51,980 bases of DNA from a virus (lineage: Duplodnaviria > Caudoviricetes), in the IMG/VR virus record IMGVR_UViG_3300012943_000009, positions 1 through 51,980 of that record. One strand, written 5' to 3'. The translations under genes were made by a program, and so were the position numbers. Positions 46,048 to 51,980 of the stretch are shown in pieces (within the stretch, counting starts at the first letter, position 1; every line of letters begins with the position of its first letter). Below the pieces are notes generated by a model. It ran no database searches and was not told the origin of the DNA. It saw nothing but the letters and a program-made list of their open reading frames with translations.

Positions 46048-48093
46048 CTAGTTAAGGAACGAGAGGATGGTTTTCTCGTCGTCGATTTGGACCTCACGCG
46101 CTTCATGACAAGTGGTGCGAGAGAGATACATCTTGGCCCGGAGTGGAATGTCGTCGAATCGTGGAGAGAACCGACCCGTCATGTTCCACATCAGTTCTTG
46201 CAGGGCTGCAATTATAGGACCCTGTCCAAGAGAGAGCCGCAGTCGAAGACTGTTCTCGTCATGACAGGTTCCACACATGACCCCCGACTTATAGTGGGTG
46301 TGCTGCGGACTTCTATGTCCAGCTTGTCCCCGAACGGTCCCATCATATTTACGAAGCGTATCGTAATTTGCCCTGATCTGTGCCTTGGGAAGTGATCCCG
46401 TTCCGCACCCTTGAATAAGATATGCAACAACCTTATATGCTGCTCTAATGTTGCCCGTGTAGATATGTCCAAATGCGTCAGAAACATGACCGTATTTTGC
46501 AAGATCATCGGCCACTCGTCTTTGGAGTCGGTGGATGGCAGGACACGCATCGTGCACAAGTCCAAACATATGCGCCCCAGTGTCTGTATCAACTCCGCAA
46601 GACTTACAGAATTTGGCAATGCCCATACCGAAGTTAAGGGCGAGCTTAATGGTCTTGAACTGTTTGTAGATAGACCAATGAGGAACTTGGGGACTCTGAA
46701 TAGAGTCAAGCTCTTGTTTAGACCTCGTGCCTCCCAATATACGATTGCAAAGCCACACGTATTCATTCCAATTCGGGTCCGCTTCGTATGCCTCTCGTCG
46801 GAGATAGTCGTCGGATTCATAAATGTGGACGACGTTCTCTACCTGAGTTGAATCGATCCACACTCCGAGGTAGCCTCGCGGAACCAGTTGAACCTTTTTC
46901 GCTTCTTTGTCGGGGTTCTGAAAGTTAAGCTTATACTTAGAATTACTCGTGTAACGTCGGGTTCGGGCATTGGAGATAGAGACTTGTATAGGGATCCAGC
47001 CACGCCGTAGATGATCTTCGCAATGGTGTAGAGCTTCCAGATAGTTTTCATAGTATTTAAGGGACGAGTTTACTTTACGGGTTTCCCAAGTGCATTGTGC
47101 AATCGGGTCTTTGGCGAACGTGACCTTGCCTTTGTCATCAAACTCCAGCAAGTCCATCAGTTCTTCTTTGGACACAGAGAACTCACCACCAGCGGTGAGG
47201 TCTAGTTCAAATCCTTCGCTAGCGAGGTAGCGTCCTACCTGTATGGACGAGTTGGGGTTCTCCACTCGGCCGCCAGATAGTTTGTGGGCCTGCTGTCCCC
47301 AATACATTTTCCGATTTTGCAGGGCTGCAATTCTAGCTTCCAGATCGGCAGCGTTGAGGAACAGCCCGCCCTCGGTTTCCATTTCACGGACGGGTGCGCC
47401 CTGCGATATGTCGAGGCAGTAGGCACGCCAGTGAGCCTTGCGAATCACCACGTCCCAAAACAGCTGGAACATATGCTTGGTCTGTGTGATGTCCCACAGA
47501 GCATACTCGTCCATCAGCGGTCCGGTTACCTCCCACTTACTAACCCCTTCTTTCAGAGCGTAACGCTCCAACCGCATTTCTGGAAAGTGCGGGTCTGCGA
47601 AGTAATGCCAGTTGACAAATTTCAACGAGTAGCTCGCCAGATGCGGCGCAACCGCCTTACACGCAAGCATAAGGTCATGCGAGTTTTCCTCGCAGATAGG
47701 ATACCCATGCCGAGCCAGAACAATATCGTCGAACGACTTATTGTTCCAACCAAACTTGAGCACAGTAGGATCAGCAAGCATAGCACGGAAGGTGCAATGC
47801 TGTTGCTCGGATCGGACGACGTAAGGTATTCCATCAATGCCGACTTGAGCGACAATGAGTTTGAGCTTTGCATAAGGGGCGAACTGACAGTCCGTTTCTA
47901 TGTCGTAGAATAGAATCTTACTGTCCGGTATCTCCTCGATCGGTAGGCGGGTGTGGGCTATCTTGCTTAGGCCTCGCGGCCGCCCGCTGATAGAAGTCCT
48001 CGAGGGCTTGGAGGAAAACCCGCTGGGCGTATGCTTGCGTTGCAGACTTGCGGCCTTGCGGCGTATGGGAAGATTGGAGCGCACGGATTTCAT
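46048..48093 (-). CDS. Family A DNA polymerase with 3'-5' exonuclease
   Basis: Exonuclease motifs DIETD, NNKSFD, YALWD; polymerase motifs A (IDSTQVE), B (KTIKLALNFGMG), IQG and C (CHDE). Confidence 0.9.
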   Translation of the reverse strand: MKSVRSNLPIRRKAASLQRKHTPSGFSSKPSRTSISGRPRGLSKIAHTRLPIEEIPDSKILFYDIETDCQFAPYAKLKLIVAQVGIDGIPYVVRSEQQHCTFRAMLADPTVLKFGWNNKSFDDIVLARHGYPICEENSHDLMLACKAVAPHLASYSLKFVNWHYFADPHFPEMRLERYALKEGVSKWEVTGPLMDEYALWDITQTKHMFQLFWDVVIRKAHWRAYCLDISQGAPVREMETEGGLFLNAADLEARIAALQNRKMYWGQQAHKLSGGRVENPNSSIQVGRYLASEGFELDLTAGGEFSVSKEELMDLLEFDDKGKVTFAKDPIAQCTWETRKVNSSLKYYENYLEALHHCEDHLRRGWIPIQVSISNARTRRYTSNSKYKLNFQNPDKEAKKVQLVPRGYLGVWIDSTQVENVVHIYESDDYLRREAYEADPNWNEYVWLCNRILGGTRSKQELDSIQSPQVPHWSIYKQFKTIKLALNFGMGIAKFCKSCGVDTDTGAHMFGLVHDACPAIHRLQRRVADDLAKYGHVSDAFGHIYTGNIRAAYKVVAYLIQGCGTGSLPKAQIRANYDTLRKYDGTVRGQAGHRSPQHTHYKSGVMCGTCHDENSLRLRLSLGQGPIIAALQELMWNMTGRFSPRFDDIPLRAKMYLSRTTCHEAREVQIDDEKTILSFLN

Positions 48094-48321
48094 TTAGGAT
48101 TTGGTTGACGTTGCAGGTCCGGATGAGTTGGATGATTTCTTCGGGTGACATAATTCTTTGAATACAGTTTTTACTAGGGTATGGACAGGGTGGCTAGCGT
48201 TGAAGTTGATGCCCGTCACAATGTCAGCCACTCCTCTAGTGGTCAGCTTATATGCGGTCGTGCTGAGCATTGCGTTTACTCGGTTGGCTACTTTGCGGAA
48301 TGGATTAGACTGCGAAGTCAT
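48094..48321 (-). CDS. Hypothetical protein
   Basis: TAA directly abuts the polymerase ATG. Confidence 0.45.
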   Translation of the reverse strand: MTSQSNPFRKVANRVNAMLSTTAYKLTTRGVADIVTGINFNASHPVHTLVKTVFKELCHPKKSSNSSGPATSTKS

Positions 48322-48910
48322 AAGGTTTGATTTCGAGATTCACTTCGGGTTTAAGACCAGCTTCCTCCGCTGCCATCCAGATGACACGGAAGATCGAGCC
48401 TGCTTCGGACGGCTGCTCCTTGAGCACACCGGGTGACATGCCGATCCAGATGTGATCGACGTACTGCTTCATGATCGGACTGATAGGTTCCCAATCAGAA
48501 CCAGCACGCTTGCCCACTTCCTTCACCAGTGTGAATGTCTCACAGGCTAGAGATCCCAGCCCGACGATTGCTTTGATGTGAGGAAGTTTTTGCAGGGCTG
48601 CAAAACGGTATTGCGAACAAGCACGAACACACGCCATGCGGTTCTCTTTCTGACCGGGCATCTTACCGGGGCAGCACTTCACGATGTAGTCGAGGAACAC
48701 GTTGTCGAGCGACACACTCATGCGCTTGAGACAGAACTTCACGAACTCGGCGTTGTCTGACACGAATGATCGTCCCCGCCTATCATCTAGGAAAGATGGC
48801 GAGTCGAGATAGATCGCAAGCACAGCGTCCTGCGTCCCGAGGGATGGCAGGCAGCGATGCTTCGCGCGTTCGTGCAGCACACAATCGGTGCACTCTGTGT
48901 TCTCAAACAT
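48305..48910 (-). CDS. Uracil-DNA glycosylase family 4-like (Fe-S) protein
   Basis: CTDCVLH, GRSFV, VKCCP, ACSQY, IVGLGSLA; the motif A position reads YLDSPS instead of GEAPG. Confidence 0.75.
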   Translation of the reverse strand: MFENTECTDCVLHERAKHRCLPSLGTQDAVLAIYLDSPSFLDDRRGRSFVSDNAEFVKFCLKRMSVSLDNVFLDYIVKCCPGKMPGQKENRMACVRACSQYRFAALQKLPHIKAIVGLGSLACETFTLVKEVGKRAGSDWEPISPIMKQYVDHIWIGMSPGVLKEQPSEAGSIFRVIWMAAEEAGLKPEVNLEIKPYDFAV

Positions 48911-49160
48911 TGGTTTGTAATGCGATAAGCCGCGTCCATGCGGTCAAGTTCTTGGGCCAGACAGGTTCAACACAGCAAGTGATAATTACTCGCCCATGAT
49001 AAGCCGCAAACAATTTTATTTCTTTTACGGTTTTGCGGTCCTGCAAATTTGGTTCGTCCCAAATTTTTGCTGTGCGACCGTAAGCCTCGACAAGCCGATT
49101 GGCCAGCCAAGTTTTACCTGACAGGACCGGACCGACAATAAGTATGATTTCTGATGACAT
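48903..49160 (-). CDS. Small P-loop protein
   Basis: MSSEIILIVGPVLSGKT...IWDE; 85 aa; leaderless start. Confidence 0.65.
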   Translation of the reverse strand: MSSEIILIVGPVLSGKTWLANRLVEAYGRTAKIWDEPNLQDRKTVKEIKLFAAYHGRVIITCCVEPVWPKNLTAWTRLIALQTNV

Positions 49161-49166
49161 GATAAT

Positions 49167-49195
49167 AGTATACCACACGTTTCGATCTAAGTCAA
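49167..49195 (-). promoter_or_regulatory. Sigma70-type promoter, leaderless
   Basis: TTGACT-N17-TATACT with an extended TG, 6 nt before ATG 49160. Confidence 0.75.
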
Positions 49196-51980
49196 TCAGA
49201 CTCGATTGAACCACTCGTGCTTCCCGTGCCCGTTCGTGCCGTTCTTCTTGATCGCCTCCAGCGGTTCGTCTTTGAGATGAGTGAGCATCCAGTCGCGGCC
49301 GGCAGGTGTAATCTCCCACAGATTCGCATCGCCCTTGCGAAGCACTCGCTCTCGAACCATGACCCCGATGAACATGTCGGCTGCCGAGATTTGCAGGCCT
49401 GCAACAGCACACAATTCGTCTCGGTTGAACTTCGCTGCGTGGACCAAGGACTCCATGACCTTGCCCCGAGTGCGAGCGTTGCGCAGAACTTCTTTGAGCT
49501 TGAAGTCGAGAGCAGCTACGTCCTTCACCCCATCACGATCAAACATTTGACGCGACCACTCGTCGTAGCCGAATGAGGATTTGTTGTAAAGAAGCTCGAG
49601 AAACTTTCCGGCAGCGATGACGTGATCTTCAAGAACGAGCACCGCTTTACCATTCCAAGAGAATTGCAGGCATGCAATAGCGGCAGCCACTCGGGCCAGT
49701 TTGTAACGTCCAGAGCCGCCCTTAAATACGGGAACCGCAGGATGATATATCTCGGCGAGCCGTTTTGTTTCTTCGAGACAGGCGAGGTAGGCATCGGTTG
49801 TTATTTTAATTTGCTCGGGCTTAAGTGCCCAGATGAACTGACATAGGCGTTGGTAAATCTCAGGCACAATAGCGTTGTGCCCGATCTTGCGTCCGTCGAG
49901 TGGGCGATTGATTACTTCGTTGGAAACTTCGCGATCGACGAGTGTGCTGATAAGATCAAAGCGCGCAATGTCCTCCCCATGTCCGATAAGTTCTTGAACT
50001 GCTTTAACTCCAGAGAGATAGCCAGCGAGATTGCGATTGACGGGTCGGACATTTGAAAGTGCGAGGAGTCTAGTTCGAGCATTAGTCTCCGCACTAAGTC
50101 CCCCTTTGTCGAGACGCGCAACCCCACTGGAACGCACGTCGGACATATTGCTAATTTCTTCGACTGATAATCCAGAAAGCTCTTCGATGACCACCAACTG
50201 CTTATCAGAAAGGGGAATCCTTCCCCATCGCAGCATAAACTGGCCGCTACCCATCTTGACTGCTCCACCCACCAGTCCAACATAAGTGCAATTTTCGGCG
50301 TTGATGATGGCACCACTTCTAAAAAGTCGTTGGAAGGTTTGAGTGACTTTGGATTTTCCGGTTTGGGTATCTCCGATGACGAGGGAGTTAAGCCATCCGC
50401 GTTGTATTTCTTCTTCATAAGGGAACATCCACCCGATCGGGCTAAGCCATGTAAGCAGAGCTACAAGGTGCCAGTCAGGGCGGTTATATATTTTAGTGTA
50501 GTATTTGCTGACGTCTTCTGCTGCCTCCATCATTCTGTCCCACACTGTCTGTCTACCCTCTGGACGAAAGATTTGCAGGGCTGCAATTTCCTCTGCGGAG
50601 AATGTTGCTGTCTCCACTGCACGAGCGATAGGCACAGCTTTAACAATGATGCCAATAGTCTCTTGTGACCTTGCATCGGTTGTGGGAATGATTTCAAGTT
50701 CATACGGAATGTTTGCTTCGATGCGCTGACCGATGAAGTAGCAGCGTTGAGTGACGTAGGGCACGTCCTCGTTAATGGCAGCGGTAGGAATCACTTCCAC
50801 TTCTGCCGCGGTGATGAATGTGTCTGGCTCGACCTGCGCTTTCTCATCCTCAAGCAATTCACGCACGAGGAACTTAATGGCGTTGTCGCTGGAGTGAATG
50901 AACGAGAGCAACGTGCGCCCCATTGGCACAGCAAAATACTGCTGCGGTGCCTTCTGCTTCTTCACCTTGAACTTCCATGGAATCGAGTAGGTCTTAGTGC
51001 TCTTGGCAGCCACGATGCCCGTCGTCTTTACAATCTGATTGAGCATGTCGGGATTGTGCCCCACGTCCACCAGCTTCACTGGCTCATCAGAGAATACGCT
51101 CGGGAGCGCAGGGCTCTGAAAGGGAAGGGATTTACCTACTCGCTTCGCGAAGAACGGATCAACTACTTTCGTCTTCGAGCGGCGTCCCATTTCAGCCGCC
51201 TCTCCCCTTGCGTCAGATGCCTTTCGCTCCTTGTTAAACGCAGCCAGCAGATGTATGCCTTGCCCTCCCTCTTCGACAACGAAGTCAGCAAAATCTTTGA
51301 GCTTAGTTGGGGGTTCAATGATGCACGCATAGTTTGAAACTTTTTGCAGGGCTGCAAATCTCTTCCCCGCAGCTTGCCGCCCGATCTTGTCGCGTTGTGC
51401 CACGACGCAGATGTCGTAGCCGAGGAAGTAGTCATTCCACTCTTCGTTCCATGATTGCTCACCTGCCGTGGCACATACGCATTGCAGTCCCTCCTGCATC
51501 CCGATAACCATTTCCTTTTCAGAGGGCATCACGAACACTGGCTTGTCCAGCGTGAACTCTTGGAAGTGTGGCCACGAGAACAAGTCGTTGCCCCCATAGC
51601 GCACTTCCTCGGGAGTGTTGCGTCCCGAGACGTAGTTCAATACCTTGAATGCTTCGTCCGCCTTAGAGCGGAACCGAGGCGGGCGATATAGTCGGAGGTT
51701 GACGACCTGCTCCCAACGGTCGAAGATGGGAATGGCAAGGCGTCTTGAAGCGGAGTCCCAGCCAAGAGCAAACAGTTCGATGCCCTCATCTGTGATTCCA
51801 CACTCACCAGCCAGAATACCTCTAACCTTACGATCCGCTGCGAGAGTCTTTTGCAGCCCTGCAATAACCTTGTCCGGCACGATAGGTCGGATAAACTCTG
51901 CATATAGTTTTGAAGCCGCCTCAGCTTCGCTGACGTCCAGTTTCGCTGACTCAAAATGCACGATGTTGCCAAGAGCCTTA
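49196..51980 (-). CDS. Primase(TOPRIM)-MCM-family helicase fusion (continues from 308..1)
   Basis: RLAIPIFD primase segment and KDFADF; MCM-type LVIGDTQTGKS, GLVG, VIEE, ARTRLLALSN and ARFDL. Confidence 0.85.
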   Translation of the reverse strand, partial: KALGNIVHFESAKLDVSEAEAASKLYAEFIRPIVPDKVIAGLQKTLAADRKVRGILAGECGITDEGIELFALGWDSASRRLAIPIFDRWEQVVNLRLYRPPRFRSKADEAFKVLNYVSGRNTPEEVRYGGNDLFSWPHFQEFTLDKPVFVMPSEKEMVIGMQEGLQCVCATAGEQSWNEEWNDYFLGYDICVVAQRDKIGRQAAGKRFAALQKVSNYACIIEPPTKLKDFADFVVEEGGQGIHLLAAFNKERKASDARGEAAEMGRRSKTKVVDPFFAKRVGKSLPFQSPALPSVFSDEPVKLVDVGHNPDMLNQIVKTTGIVAAKSTKTYSIPWKFKVKKQKAPQQYFAVPMGRTLLSFIHSSDNAIKFLVRELLEDEKAQVEPDTFITAAEVEVIPTAAINEDVPYVTQRCYFIGQRIEANIPYELEIIPTTDARSQETIGIIVKAVPIARAVETATFSAEEIAALQIFRPEGRQTVWDRMMEAAEDVSKYYTKIYNRPDWHLVALLTWLSPIGWMFPYEEEIQRGWLNSLVIGDTQTGKSKVTQTFQRLFRSGAIINAENCTYVGLVGGAVKMGSGQFMLRWGRIPLSDKQLVVIEELSGLSVEEISNMSDVRSSGVARLDKGGLSAETNARTRLLALSNVRPVNRNLAGYLSGVKAVQELIGHGEDIARFDLISTLVDREVSNEVINRPLDGRKIGHNAIVPEIYQRLCQFIWALKPEQIKITTDAYLACLEETKRLAEIYHPAVPVFKGGSGRYKLARVAAAIACLQFSWNGKAVLVLEDHVIAAGKFLELLYNKSSFGYDEWSRQMFDRDGVKDVAALDFKLKEVLRNARTRGKVMESLVHAAKFNRDELCAVAGLQISAADMFIGVMVRERVLRKGDANLWEITPAGRDWMLTHLKDEPLEAIKKNGTNGHGKHEWFNRV

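Larger units (their letters stand above)
407..51866. repeat. Genome-wide dispersed palindrome (T)TTGCAG-NN-CTGCAA(A), about 70 copies
   Basis: Copies start near 407, 1304, 2234, 2971, 3421, 4197, 5220, 5894, 6134, 7176, 7728, 8228, 8947, 9101, 10140, 10746, 11427, 11926, 12805, 13215, 13977, 14267, 14638, 15345, 15670, 16109, 16328, 17354, 17401, 17880, 18156, 18786, 19298, 19911, 21323, 22128, 23665, 23994, 24274, 25568, 26173, 27231, 27730, 28674, 29521, 30926, 31542, 32063, 33555, 35275, 36059, 37011, 38637, 39234, 40184, 40809, 41713, 43176, 43785, 44774, 45062, 45581, 46198, 47315, 48588, 49390, 50572, 51342, 51849. Near-matches at 9552, 24642, 24942, 38046, 40058, 41991, 49031, 49662. 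Confidence 0.98.

Noticed and set aside
47918-48151. 77-aa ORF overlapping the polymerase start
   Set aside because: It overlaps two other minus-strand ORFs that are joined by TAA-ATG coupling; cannot be supported without homology, though not excluded.
407-51866. Palindrome as a CRISPR repeat, REP/MITE or IS end
   Set aside because: It is only 14-18 bp, spaced by hundreds of bases of ordinary coding sequence, with no regular spacers, target duplications, transposase or cas operon.

Overview
The window is a complete, circularly permuted dsDNA tailed-phage genome of 51,857 bp: bases 1-123 repeat exactly at 51858-51980, and a primase-helicase gene reads through the join. Minus-strand arms carry replication and recombination genes: family A DNA polymerase, UDG-like protein, RuvC, CHC2/TOPRIM-MCM fusion, SSB/Sak4/Cas4-like module, SF2 helicase, AAA+ ATPase, GroES and an ATP-dependent ligase, plus a cluster of small early genes. 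A plus-strand block (18.2-44.8 kb) encodes podovirus-like morphogenesis: TerL, portal, scaffold, capsid, tail tubular proteins, ejected proteins and a 2449-aa polyvalent protein. I recognised no integrase, RNA polymerase, endolysin, tRNA or CRISPR array. The outstanding feature is a palindrome, (T)TTGCAG-NN-CTGCAA(A), present about 70 times (manual count) across the whole genome. It occurs inside genes, mostly as F/I-A-x-L-Q, and directly after stop codons. Its central dinucleotide tracks the direction of transcription and no gap exceeds about 1.7 kb. Two distantly paralogous proteins with a ParB/KorB-like HTH segment and one lone HTH gene are candidate binders (inference). Also notable: a second dispersed motif (TTTCCTTTCAG, 11 exact copies), a 194-bp AT-rich palindrome, a switch-like structured leader, and leaderless sigma70 promoters. 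All calls come from motif recognition by eye; no searches were run.
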